Shown here: one piece after another, positions 9,128 to 19,501 of the stretch
How the letters are laid out: each line of letters begins with the position of its first letter
Position numbering within the stretch: the first letter of the stretch is position 1
Origin: Chiloscyllium plagiosum
Taxonomy: Eukaryota
Direction of reading: 5' to 3'
Assembly (NCBI RefSeq): GCF_004010195.1
Contig: NC_057749.1
Span: 10,353,892-10,373,891 of the forward strand
DNA: 20,000 nt
Notes under the pieces: model-generated
What the model was told of the DNA's origin: nothing
The model's database searches: none
What the model saw: the letters and a program-made list of their open reading frames with translations, nothing else
Made by a program: the position numbers and the translations under genes

Positions 9128-10064
9128 AGGTCTTTAAAGATCGCTGTAGTCAAGAAATTACTTTGTGAATGCTTAACACACAAATTTATCTTTGTCTGGT
9201 ACTCCAGTGGCAGAATTAAATAGTTCAAAACCAAAGCGCTTGATAAGTACATTAAAAAAATGGACAGCTGATTCGTTTGGCAAATTAGTTACAGTGTCCA
9301 TAAAACAAGTTTAAGAAACAATTCTCAAATGAAAACATTCCAAAGTAGATTTCATATGTTGCAACACCTGTTTTAAGAAATACTAGAACCAACACAAGCA
9401 AAACAAGAATTAATAGGTGAATGATTCTTCAGATAAAAAGGTACATTTCATTTTAACAACTGCATGCAACACAGATATCTGTTATGCAATTACAACCACC
9501 CAAATCACTTCCTATTGACATATGACACCCAATTCACTTCTAACTTTGATAAATCCATTCTGCAATATGCAGGATCTCTCATTTCCTCAATTAGTAATGA
9601 CCTTGAGTTGTCTTCACTGGCAATTATTTTCCATCCAAGGTCCCTTGATAATCGCCTTGGCCTCAACGCCCAAAAGCTACTGGAATCTTATTTTCTTTTC
9701 ATTGTGAAACAGCAAACTGACCTCTTCATAGAGAACTTTACTAGCTTTTCCTCATGTGAATTCTGTTCTCCTGTTATGTCTCTGGCTGCTGCCTCTACAT
9801 TAGTGTGCTGATCATCCTCTCCCTCCACCTCTCTTGGTTGTGACTCTGCTTTGTGTCTCACTACACGGATTCTGTGTTGACTTCATTCAAGGTGTACCAT
9901 CTCCAGGTTGAGGGTCACTTGACTCAGTATTTCTTATTATTCAAGGAAATTGCAATTGATCGCAATAGAAACTCTTCAAAATACTTTTCAAAAAATGTAA
10001 ACAATTGCAGATTCCCTAGACATTTGAAAGTCGAGATTTTCTTTCTGATGGACTGTTTCAAGGT

Positions 10065-10356
10065 CTCTCGTCTGGAATTGGAAAGGTTCATCCATTCGTG
10101 GCCAATTTCCACCTTGCCCTCACTTTCACCTGGTCTACCTCTGACTCCTCCCTTCCCTTCCTCGACATCTGTTTCCATTTCTGGGTAAAGCTGGCCGCTA
10201 ATATCCACTATAAACCCACCGACTCCCACAGCTACCTGGACTATACATCCTCGCACACTGCTTTTTGTAAAGACTGCATTCCATTCTCCCAGTTCCTCTG
10301 ACTCTGTCTTGTATGTTCCGATGAGGCCAACTTCAACAAGGGAATCTCCAAAACGT
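10065..10356 (+). mobile_element. Penelope reverse transcriptase internal fragment (pseudogenised)
   Basis: ANFHLALTFTWSTSDSSLPFLDI...IHYKPTDSHSYLDYTSSH...CKDCIPFSQFL*L, containing the PLE RT motifs LPFLD, YxKPT and SxHP-like. Confidence 0.9.
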
Positions 10357-10763
10357 TATTAAGTATATTTTCAGCTCTTCAATATTGACAAAGCTCATAG
10401 TGGTTCCATCTCTTATAAATTGCTTAATTGTGCTTAATGGCAATTAAATTGTCCCATTTGCAACATGCCATCGCGGATCTTTAATCTTCTTGTGCAATCG
10501 CTTAGCTCCATGTTCAGTGTACTGTCCTGCCTCAGCACTTCAGCCTCACTGTCCTGTGGTATGAGTTACGTAACTCTACAAATCGGAATTTTAATGCACT
10601 GGGTCAGTACTGTTTCAAATGCAGCTTTTTTACACTTCAGAATCATCTAAGGATCAATGTGACTGCCTATTCTGGAAAGTGGCCCTCCAAAATAGAATGT
10701 TTTTCCCTGTTTTTACATGAAAGTGCAATCAGACCCAGGGAGTTGGCATTTTCTTTGACATAA

Positions 10764-10869
10764 GAGCTCTTGTGATTTAGTGGTAGTGTCCCTACCTCTG
10801 AACCAGTAGGCCTGGCTTCAAGTACCCCACTCCAGAAACATGTCTGAACAGTTCATTTAGAAAATATCT
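10764..10869 (+). mobile_element. Short tRNA-derived SINE, same family as 491-608
   Basis: A-box-like TAGTGGTAGTG and B-box-like GCTTCAAGTACC. Matches 491-608 in reverse complement. Confidence 0.65.
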
Positions 10870-11136
10870 GCAATCTTTGGCATTGTATTTTAAATTAAAG
10901 TATGTATTTCATCTTTTCCCAGTTGTAAGATGTGCTGTAACAGATTGGACGCTTGGGCTATTAATAGCGGAAGACTACCAAACATGTATTGTTCATTTTA
11001 GCCTCTCAATCAAGACCAACAAAAGACATTTGGTACATCTGCACATTGTGTGTGGATTTTGTAGATAAAAGGGACGCCATTGTTTATAATACACGAACAG
11101 AATGCCAAACCAACTGGTGCTTGCCGATGGTTCTAC

Positions 11137-11422
11137 TCATGGAGACATAAAGCATGGAAACAGACCCCTTGGTCCAACGAGTCCATGCCGAATGTTGTCC
11201 CAAACTAAAGTAGTCCCACCTACCTGCTCCTGGCCCATATCCTTCTAAACCTTTCCTACTCTTGTACTTATCCAAATATCTTTTAAACATTGTAACTGTG
11301 CCCACATTCACCACTTCCTCGGGAAGTTCATTCCACACACGAACCACCCTCTGTGTAAAACATTTGCTCTTCCCACCTTTAAAATGTACTCCCAGTCTTA
11401 AAATCCCTCATCCTTGAGAAAA
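11137..11422 (-). mobile_element. CR1 (HER1-like) 3' fragment
   Basis: The minus-strand ORF VRVWNELPEEVVNVGTVTMFKRYLDKY is the CR1 ORF2 C-terminus, followed by the 3' UTR. Confidence 0.9.
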
Positions 11423-12069
11423 TCTTACAATGCTTCTTTACTTCACTCTATCAACATAACCTGTATTAACTTTGCCCTCACATTTTTAATCTATCTTCCC
11501 CTTAAAGATATCTATGCCCTCCAGCCTCAGCTGCTCCAAGTGATAGAATGTTCTCCCTTCCAATCACTTTTCGGCCTTGACTGAATTTCCCCATTGGATT
11601 TATCAGTGAATCTATACACAGTGCATAATTCTACTCTCCACCACCATAATTCATAATAACTAAAGACAGCTATTTGCTGTAGATTAGTCAGGTTGTTAAC
11701 ATTTTAGGAAACCACGTCAGGGCTCAATTGTGTTTGCTTCCTGTTGATTGTAATCTATTTCAAATATATGTGCATGCTTCTAATAATGTCAACATTTCGC
11801 TGATTGATTGCTAGACCATATTGATTCAGGTGAGGACAACTTGTGTTCCTGCTCTCAGTGACTTCAGTTTTCGTGAATGTTTCCTTTGCAAGTACACTGG
11901 AATCAAATGAATCAGAATTATTGCAAAATTACCAAGACAACGAGGTACTTGGGAAGAGTGGACTCATTCAGACTGTCTTGCCTGCCCCATCATTTAACAT
12001 GACAATAGCTGATTGAGTACTTCAATGCCTTTTACTCAACCCTCTACACAATTGACAATCAAAAATCTA

Positions 12070-12545
12070 CAGTGGGAATACAGGAGCAGGAGTATACAGG
12101 AGCAGCCCTGCTCTACCATTCAGTATGGTCACAGCTGATCATGCAAATCAGTACCTCTTGTTGTTCACTGGATATGGGCAGCATTGGCGAGGCCAGCATT
12201 TATTGCTCATTCCTTACTGCCCAGACAGTAATTAAGAGTTGATCTGTGGGTTTAGAGTCACATGCAGGCCAGATCAGGTAAGGACAGCCATTTCCTTCCT
12301 ACAAAGACATTAGGTTCTTCCTGACAATGAAGAGCTATTTCATAGTCGTTATTTGACTCTTAATTCCAGTTTTTTCCATCGTTTACCATGCAGAATTTGA
12401 TCCCGAGTCCCAGAACTTGACCTGATCCTCTGGATTAATAGTCTAGCAGTAATACCACTAGGTCATCACCTCCTCCATGCTTATCCCCCACTCCCTCCCT
12501 GTAAACTTGATCCCTTTAGCCCTAAGAACTATATCCAACACCTTG
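12070..12545 (-). mobile_element. CR1 3' tail split by SINE 12161-12473
   Basis: AGGAGCAGGAGTA...CCTGCTCTACCATTCAGTATGGTCACAGCTGATC, then after the SINE CTTGATCCCTTTAGCCCTAAGAACTATATC. Confidence 0.65.
12161..12473 (-). mobile_element. tRNA-derived SINE, same family as 4043-4948
   Basis: GCCAGCATTTATTGCTCATTCCT...GAGTCACATGCAGGCCAGA...AATACCACTAGGTCATCACCTCC is the reverse complement of that family. Confidence 0.8.
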
Positions 12546-12797
12546 GAGTCATGTTCTTTGAGTCATGCAGCAGAGAGGAGGCCTTTTAACCCATCAAGTC
12601 TGCACTGACATATCTACATGAATCCCACTTTCCAGCACTTGGCCTAGAGAATGGTCCATTCCAAGTGCTCATCCATATACTTTTGAAAGGCTGTGAGGAT
12701 TCCCGCCACAACCACCCACCCAGGCACTGCATTCCACATTCCCACTAATGTTTGGGTAAAATACATTTTCCTCCAATTGTTTCTAAACCTCCTGCTC
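12546..12797 (-). mobile_element. CR1 3' fragment (different subfamily)
   Basis: Minus-strand peptide YFTQTLVGMWNAVPGWVVVAGILTAFQKYMDEHL, plus a GAGTCAT-type tail. Confidence 0.8.
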
Positions 12798-13156
12798 TTA
12801 TCAATCTCTTCCTTATACATACTCAAAGACTGAGCCCCCAAAGCCATCAGTGGTAGAGAATTCCAAAGGTTCATAACCCTCTGAGTAAAAACAAATTCTC
12901 CTCAACTTGGATCCAAGTGGGATTCCCCTTATATTTAAATTGTCCTCTCTGGTTCTAGATTCCCCAACCAAGGGGAAATATCTAACCAAAAGTCTACACA
13001 TTTTTAAAGTGTTGTGCAAGGTTCAATGAGATCATCTGTCATTCTTCAAAATGCGAGAGAATACACACCCAATTTGCCTAATCTCTCTTCATAGTTCCAC
13101 TATCCCATGAACCTTTGTTACACTCTCTTTCTCTGGCAATAACATGTTTTCTGAGA

Positions 13157-13654
13157 CAAAAACAAATTGCTGGAAAAGCTCAACAGGTCAGGCAGCATCT
13201 GTGGAGAGAAGTCAGATTTAATGTTTCGGGTCCAGTGACCTTTCCTCAGAGCTGATGGTCAAAGTTATAAATCACACAACACCAGGTTATAGTCCAACTA
13301 GTTTTCGGAGCGCTGCTCCTTCATCCTGGTATTGTGTGGTTTATAACCTTGTCCAACCCAGTCCAACACCGGCTCCTCCACATCAGAACTGATGGTCATT
13401 AGGAAAAGGTTGTCCTTTCTGTAGAAGATAGGGTGAAGGGAGGGGATAGGGAGTAAACAGTAGGTGGAGATAGAGCCCAAAGAGAGACAATAACGATCAA
13501 CCTTGGAGAATGAATAGCTGCTAATGGGCACAATTGTGGCTAACAATTGGTTGTGTGTAATAGCAGGCCATTGATAACAAGGTCTGGTGTGTAGGGGTTG
13601 GGGTAAGAATATGGGAGAAGGTGCTTCAAGCCCTAAAATTGTTGAACTCGATTC
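13157..13654 (-). mobile_element. Penelope 3'/pLTR fragment with hammerhead (13214-13253) and 9-bp TSD
   Basis: The minus strand reads CTGAGGA A AGGTC-ACTG-GACCC GAAAC ATT, then GATGCTGCCTGACCTG...TTTTCCAGCA. TTTCTGAGA occurs at 13148-13156 and 13655-13663. Confidence 0.8.
13262..13382. mobile_element. Second Penelope mini fold-back element nested in the previous one
   Basis: Inverted repeats at 13262-13286 and 13325-13350 surround a partial hammerhead (- strand GATGA A GGAGC-AGC-GCTCC GAAA). TSD TCAGARCTGATGGTCA at 13246-13261 and 13383-13398. Confidence 0.8.
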
Positions 13655-14220
13655 TTTCTGAGATAAGGAGGCCAAAATTACACACACCATCCAGGTACGG
13701 TCTAACTAAGGGCCCAAGTAATGGAAGCAAAATGACCAAGCTCTGGAGGTGCAGTTAAAAAGAGAGTTGTGGTCTTTTAATACACAAAATGTAAAGCAAC
13801 AGGTCAACAGGCCATTTGGCCCAACTGGTCCATGCTGGTATGTATGCTCTGTGTCCTTTTGTTTACTTTATTGCAATGTCGCCTATGTCTTTATTCTTCA
13901 AGAATCATCTCAGGATGGTTCAGCTGCATTTGAATGCAGGTCTTGGAGGTGCTGGGGATGCAGGGGGAGGGCAAGGGGGAAGGGGAGAAACCTTGCGTAA
14001 GAGGGATGCTTACGAATGACTTACTCTGCCAATCCACAGGGGCATTGACATTCTCTGTTTCAATCACGTTGTTTGCACTGCAATTAGGTCACGCACATTA
14101 GAGACGGGAAAGCGATAGGCAAATGGCAGATGATTAATTAGCTTCACAGCTAATTTGAGCTATCCTGAGGTCACAGAAGTCGTTGTACAAATACAAGTTT
14201 CTTCCTTTGAACTGATTCTG

Positions 14221-14226
14221 TTTATT
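14221..14226 (-). terminator. Candidate SORD poly(A) signal
   Basis: TTTATT on + is AATAAA on -, about 290 nt after the SORD stop. Confidence 0.6.
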
Positions 14227-14517
14227 TTATAAATCTCATTATTGATCGTATCAAAATGTTCACTGGAACCCAAAAACAAGACTCAAGGGGAGACTGAAGT
14301 TAAAGTTGGAGTCCAGGTGGAAACAGGAAGAAAATGGAGAATACAGCTTTAATCAAAGGAAACATTTTAAAAGTGCCAATTTAATTACAAAGCCTCCATG
14401 ATTATCGACAAAACCCCCTTTCAATTGTTAACACATCGCCCCAGAGTTTGCTGCAGGCCATGAGAGTTAATGAGCCCAGGCTCACATGCTGAGGAACCTG
14501 TAAAAGGAGTCTTCCCC

Positions 14518-14665
14518 TTAGTCACATTTCAGCATCACTTTAATTCCTAGCCGTTTCCTTGTGGTCTCAAATGCCTCAATGGCCTGGTCCAGTGAGAAAC
14601 GATGTGTGATCAGAGGTTTCACGTCCACCTTCTTTGAAGCCAACATAGCAATCGCCATGGGATAC
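14518..14665 (-). CDS. SORD: Sorbitol dehydrogenase, terminal coding exon
   Basis: Acceptor ctctgtgttctccatatcag|G, with 1 nt completing a split codon, then [48 protein letters not shown]. Compare human [48 protein letters not shown]. I did not find the preceding exon in the window. Confidence 0.95.
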
Positions 14666-14686
14666 CTGATATGGAGAACACAGAGG

Positions 14687-15580
14687 GAACACAACAAATT
14701 AAAAGCAGGCCATTCAACCCCTCAGGCCTGTTCTGACAATGAATAAGAACACGGTTGGTCTAATTGCGGCCCCAACTATATTTTCAGATTTGATGCCTCA
14801 AAAACTCTTCAAAAGTCTGGTCGATTGAAAATGGACTTGATACAGCCTTGGATAGCCTCACGGTGGCCTGGTGGCCCAGTGATTAGCACTGCTGCCTCAC
14901 AGCGCCAGGGACCCAGGTTCAATTCCACCCTCGAGTTTGCACATTCTCCCTGTACCGACATGGGTTTCCTCCAGGTGCTCCAGTTTCCTCCCACAATCCA
15001 AAGATGTGCAGGTTAAGGTGGATTGGCCACATTGCACTGCCTATGGTGTCCAGTGTTGGGCAGGCTGGGTGGACTAGCCATAGGGAATGCCGGGGTAGGG
15101 TGGGTATGGGTGGGATGCTCTCCAAAGGGTTGGTGTGGACTCAATGGCCTGCTCCCGCCCTGTAGGGCTTTTCTGAATATGTTCAGTGACAGCCTCCACA
15201 GCTCTCTGAGGAAGAGAATGCCAAAAACTAATGATCCTCAGAGATATATTTTCTCTTCATCTCTGACTTAAATGAGAAAGCATTAATTTTTAAACCATGC
15301 CCGCAGTTCTGACACATCCACAAGAGAAACACCCTGTCAGCCACTACCCTGTCAGGTTCCCTCAGGAGCTTACTAATTTCGATATGATCGCCTCTCATTC
15401 TTCAAAATGCCAATGGATATGGGCCCAACCTATCTGACATTTCCTCATAAGATAACCACTTTATCCTCAGAATCAGACAAATGGACCTTCTTTGGACAGC
15501 TATTATATTCTTTCGGAAGGAAGCAGACCAAAACTGTGCAATGCTTAACCATACTTCATATTTTGTGTACCTAGCTGAAT
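14687..15580 (-). mobile_element. Old CR1 3' region split by HE1 SINE 14862-15175
   Basis: Tail GCAGGCCATTCAACCCCTC at ~14705. CAGCCTTGGATA (14843) resumes as TGAATATGTTCAGTGACAGCCTCCACAGC (15174). Peptide AQFWS...VQRR...LSYEEMSDRLG. Confidence 0.75.
14862..15175 (+). mobile_element. HE1-type V-SINE
   Basis: GTGGCCCAGTGATTAGCACTGCTGCCTCACAGCGCCAGGGACCCAGGTTCAATTCC...GGTTTCCTCC...TCCAAAGATGTGCAGG. Confidence 0.92.
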
Positions 15581-15713
15581 AACATTTGAAAAAAATAACT
15601 TGCATTCACACCAAAGCTGATAATACAAACACATTCCGAAGCACCTAATAGGACCCTATTGAACAAAATTTGGCACCGAGCAACATTGAGGTCAAAGAGA
15701 TCAGGTTTTGAGG

Positions 15714-16017
15714 ATTAGATTAGATTACCTACAGTGTGGAAACAGGCCCTTCGGCCCTACAAGTCCACACCAACCTGCCAAAGCGCAACCCACCCACACC
15801 CATTCCCCTACACCTAACACTACGGGCAATTTAGCATGGCCAATTCACCTAACCTGCACATTTTTTTTGGACTGTGGGAGGAAACCGGAGCATCCGGAGG
15901 AAACCCACGCAGACACGGGGAAAATGTGCAAACTCCACACAGCCTGAGGCGGGAATTGAACTCAGGTCTCTGGCGCTGTGAGGCAGCAGTGCTAACCACT
16001 GTGCCACTGTGCCGCCC
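15714..16017 (-). mobile_element. HE1 V-SINE, full length and young
   Basis: The minus strand begins GGGCGGCACAGTGGCACAGTGGTTAGCACTGCTGCC and ends in (TAATC)n. TGAGG flanks both sides (15709-15713, 16020-16024). Confidence 0.96.
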
Positions 16018-16020
16018 ACT

Positions 16021-16207
16021 GAGGGGAGAGAGAGATGGGGTGAGAGAGTTAGGGTGGGCTGCGATATGGGGGGAAAGGGAGATGAGAAAGAGATAGAGGG
16101 AGAAAGATGATGCTTGAGACAGAGAGTTGGAGAGACATAGAGAAAACGAGGTGGAGGGAAGAGAAAGACAGGAAAGAGAGCAAATGTGAAAGAGTTTAAG
16201 GGAGAGA
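16021..16207 (+). repeat. Purine-rich (GA) low-complexity tract; resumes ~16633-16715
   Basis: Runs of GAGAGA/GGGA with few pyrimidines. Confidence 0.7.
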
Positions 16208-16632
16208 GAGTTATAGTCATTGAGTCATACAAGCACGGAAACTGACAATTCGTTCCAACCAGCCCATGCCGAACATAATCCCAAATTAAACTAGTCCCAC
16301 CTGCCTGCTCCTGGCCCAAATCCCTCCATTCATGTACCTTCTTATTCATGTACCTATCCAAATGTCTTTTAAAGTTTGTGACTGTACCCACATCCAATAC
16401 TTCCTCTGAAAGTTCATTCCATACACGAACTGGTCTCTGTGTAAAAAAATTGCTCCAATGCCTGTTTTAAATATTTCTCCTCTCATTTTAAAAATATGTC
16501 CCCTAATGCTGAAATCCCTCACCCCAGGGAAACCATGGGCTATACCCTTCGAGATTTTATAAACCTCTAGAAGTTCACCTCTTAACCTCCTAGTGAAAAC
16601 CGCCCCAGTGAAAAATGTCCCAGCCTGTCCAG
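16208..16632 (-). mobile_element. CR1 (HER1-like) 3' fragment
   Basis: Peptides RRLRGELLEVYKI, RGHIFKMRGEIFK and DVGTVTNFKRHLDRYMN. Aligns with 11137-11422. Confidence 0.9.
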
Positions 16633-17764
16633 AGATGGTGGGAGAGAGAAGCAGATGGAGACAGAGAGATACACAGTTGGAGGGACAGTCATGGAGAGAG
16701 AGAGAGAGATGGAGGAACAGTGAAGTAGAGGGAAGCATTTCAGGACACATCAGAGGTTAGAATTGGAGAACAGATATGCTGGTATATCTTGGGGCTGAAG
16801 GAGGTTACTAGGACAGAAAGGGATTAAAGCTTAGTGGAATGTGAACCACAGTTTTAAAAAAGTTAAAATTTTGTAAGATGTGGGCAGAGCTCACAAGGAA
16901 ACTGAATTCGTGAGACATAGTTGCAATGAAGTCACAATTATTTAGAAATCTGTTCTAAAACAGGCAATAAAATATGATCTTAGTTAAGTAAGAGGATTAA
17001 ATATGATGCAATTGGGAACACCTAATTACTCCTTTAAGCAAGTACAAACAAACGAAAGCTCGGATTGTACAAGACTGAAGGAACTTGCAAAAGAGAAAGC
17101 TGATAAACTCACACAGGATGATGTCACGCTCAATGTTCCCTGTAAACTGTGCAGCTCAGAAACCACACACCCATCCCATCCTTCTTCATCTCCTGACCTC
17201 CAAACACTGAGTACAGACATCAGCACAGGAACATTTCAAATTAAAGAAAAATACTTCCTCCTTCAGTTGCTTTGTTAAAAACACTCACTGTATTTCTAAT
17301 TCAAGCAATTCATAAATCTAAACAAATTGCAATAATTCTGCAGAATGAATAAAATCTGTATCTAAAAGCTCTGAGTCTGTTACTAGGGCAGTGTCTGCCG
17401 ATCACACAGATTGAGAACTTCTTGAGCTGTCCCTCCCTCCACACCAGGAATATATGTCTGCAGTTTCTGTCGCATTTGTACAGGAGTTACATCAGTGGAG
17501 CTTTGAGCAAATTCCTGGCCATTAATAATTTCATTGTTTTTTTCTCAATGAATCCTTATCACAAAAATGTTCTTTTAATTGTTTAAGACACTGCCACCTC
17601 CTGTCACTTTGTAGCACTTCAACAAGTTCACCTTTTGCAGCACCAGGCATCCAATATCTGACCTAACCTTCTTACGGATATGATTTTATCATGGAGGCAA
17701 CATGCGCCCTATGGTAGTGAGGTTAATACTAGCAGCACAGAAACAGCTACCACTTTTACAAAGG

Positions 17765-17972
17765 AATCACAGACCTGTTACGGTGAAAAGAAGGCCATTC
17801 GGCCCAGTGTATCCTCACTGGCACTCTGAGCACGTGGACCATGACATGCCAATCTCCTGCCTTTTCCCCATACGCCTACACATTGCTCCCATTTAAATAA
17901 TTCACCAACATCACCTTGAATGCCTCAGTTGAATCATTTCCAGGCATTGCAACTCAGACCCTAACCATTCAC
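17765..17972 (-). mobile_element. CR1 3' tail relic
   Basis: AATCACAGA...AGGCCATTCGGCCCA...CCTGCCTTTTCCCCATA...CTTGAATGCCTC. Confidence 0.65.
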
Positions 17973-18159
17973 TTCTCCTCAAGGCTCACGAGGCTGGAAG
18001 TTTGCTCTAGCACCACCTCGAGACCGGAAGTCCATGCTGAGGCCATGCCAGGCTGGGAGATTGCCACGTACCACCAGAAGGCCATCATGCCAGACCAGGA
18101 AGCCACTACACCAGGCTAAGGGGACACCTCGCCAGTTCTGTTTCCTGACTGGGAGTAAG

Positions 18160-18357
18160 GAGAATTTAGCATTGACAATCCACACTAACCTACACACCCT
18201 TGCACAGTGGGAGGAAACCAGAGCACCCGGAGGAAACCCATGCAGACACAGGGTGAATGTGCAAACTCCACACAGACAGCTGACCAGGGATGAGTTCAAA
18301 CCCGGGTCCCTGGTGCTGTGAGGCAGCAGTGCTAACCACTGAGCCACCATGCCACCC
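18160..18357 (-). mobile_element. HE1-type V-SINE, 5' two-thirds
   Basis: GGGAGGAAACCAGAGCACCCGGAGGAAACCCATGCAGACAC...GTGCTAACCACTGAGCCACCATGCCACCC. Confidence 0.92.
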
Positions 18358-18603
18358 AAGATATGGCTGCAATAACTTATCCACTGCTCCTGTGTTAAGC
18401 ACTGGGCTGTCACATCACATGAGTAGCATGACGCCCAATCTTGAACTCCTGCTGTAATTTTCGCAGCCGTAGTAATCCTGGGGTGTGTGAGGCTCTGGAT
18501 TTGGGTGAAACAAGCAGAAACAGTGCAGCCACGAGAACAGGAACTCCTCCGATCCATGTGTAAGTAAAATCCTGATATTCCTGAAGCCAGTAATTTTAAC
18601 ATG

Positions 18604-18780
18604 GTAGGAGGCTGGAAGAACACAGCAAGCCAGGCAGCATCAGGAGGTGGAGAAGTTAATGTTTCAGGTGTAACCCTTCTTCAGGACTGGGGGTGGGTGT
18701 GGGGGGAACTGCAGGTAAAGGGTTGGGTGAATGGAGGAGAGGGAGAATGAGGTGGTGAGGTATGGATAGGTGAACACAGG
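18604..18780 (-). mobile_element. Penelope pLTR fragment with decayed hammerhead (18654-18687)
   Basis: The minus strand reads GTC CTGAAGA A GGGT-TAC-ACCT GAAAC ATT AAC. Same family as 6057-6183. Confidence 0.8.
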
Positions 18781-19268
18781 ATTAACACAGCGTCCTGCTC
18801 ACATGCCCACTTGTCTGCCCTCAGCATGCTGCAATGCTCCAGCAAATCACAGTGAGAACTGGAGGAGCACTGTTTCACCTTCAGACCAGGCATGTTACAA
18901 CCTTCTGGACTCAATACTGAGTCCAACACCTTCAGACTGTGAAACCGTTTCTTCCCTTTCTTTTAGCTTTCCTTGTTACATTCTCTGTCACTGAGTCCCC
19001 TCTCCCCTCAACATTCCAGTCTGTTCTTTCCTGTCTGGCAGGTAGACACACCATTGTTCTACCATTATCACGTTCTGATCACTTAATCTGAATGATCAAT
19101 ACACGTTCTACCTCAGCACTCTATTCCCCCTCACCATTGCATAACTACTGCCCCTTCACACTTCACAACTCTGATGAAGAGTCATCGCGACCCGAAATGT
19201 TGGCTTACTCTCTCTCCACGGCTGCTGCCTGACCCAGTTATTTCCAGCAGTTTTTGTTTTCAGTACAG
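18781..19268 (+). mobile_element. Penelope 3' end: GIY-YIG C-terminal relic, UTR and hammerhead (19167-19205)
   Basis: NTASCSHAHLSALSMLQCSSKSQ*ELEEHCFTFRPGMLQPSGLNTE resembles the PLE motif RKLEEQHLIFRLGTLQPxGLN. Hammerhead: CTGATGA(19171-19177) A GAGTC-ATCGC-GACCC GAAA T GTT. Confidence 0.85.
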
Positions 19269-19501
19269 GAGTTATCCTGTTCAGTTTTATTCTTTCCGAC
19301 TTTTTTCAAGAACTCAGAGGTCAATGACTGATATTTACAAGGAAAGGTTTTTTTTAAAAAATACTTCCGTGAAGCACTTAGTGCATTTCTGAAAGTACCA
19401 TTCATATATTTAACCTTTGAATTTTATGAGTTGACTCAATACTTTAATTGTCAATTGATTTATAACAAAGAATAATACAGTCATGTCATCACAAGATATC
19501 A

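Larger units (their letters stand above)
11945..13740 (-). mobile_element. Old CR1 3' region (pieces ~11945-12069, 12798-13156, 13664-13740) interrupted by nested insertions
   Basis: ATCAAAAATCTA (to 12069) rejoins TATCAATCTC (12798). Peptides NLWNSLP and FPLVGESRTR. The final piece resumes after the TTTCTGAGA duplication. Confidence 0.7.
15595..16870 (-). mobile_element. Probable decayed L2 LINE 3' end hosting HE1, a GA tract and a CR1 tail
   Basis: AACTTGCATT...AACAAAATTTGGCACCGAGC...GGTCAAAGAG..AGGTTTT (15598-15712) and AGAATTGGAG...GGGCTGAAGGAGGTTAC (16760-16810) resemble recalled shark L2 3' sequence. Confidence 0.45.

Noticed and set aside
10437..10556. Possible minus-strand exon (DSEAEVLRQDSTLNMELSDC...)
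   Set aside because: The acceptor is modest, there is no recognisable homology and no partner exon.
13954..13985. G-quadruplex-like G-run cluster
   Set aside because: A common motif with no supporting context.
17026..17230. Possible SORD upstream exon ending at a GTGAGT donor (17107-17112)
   Set aside because: No frame resembles the expected SORD segment (LVGLG...REVDIKGVFRY).
15849..18623. Long ORFs 15849-16397 and 17979-18623
   Set aside because: Chance read-through of HE1, CR1 and low-complexity sequence inside the SORD intron.
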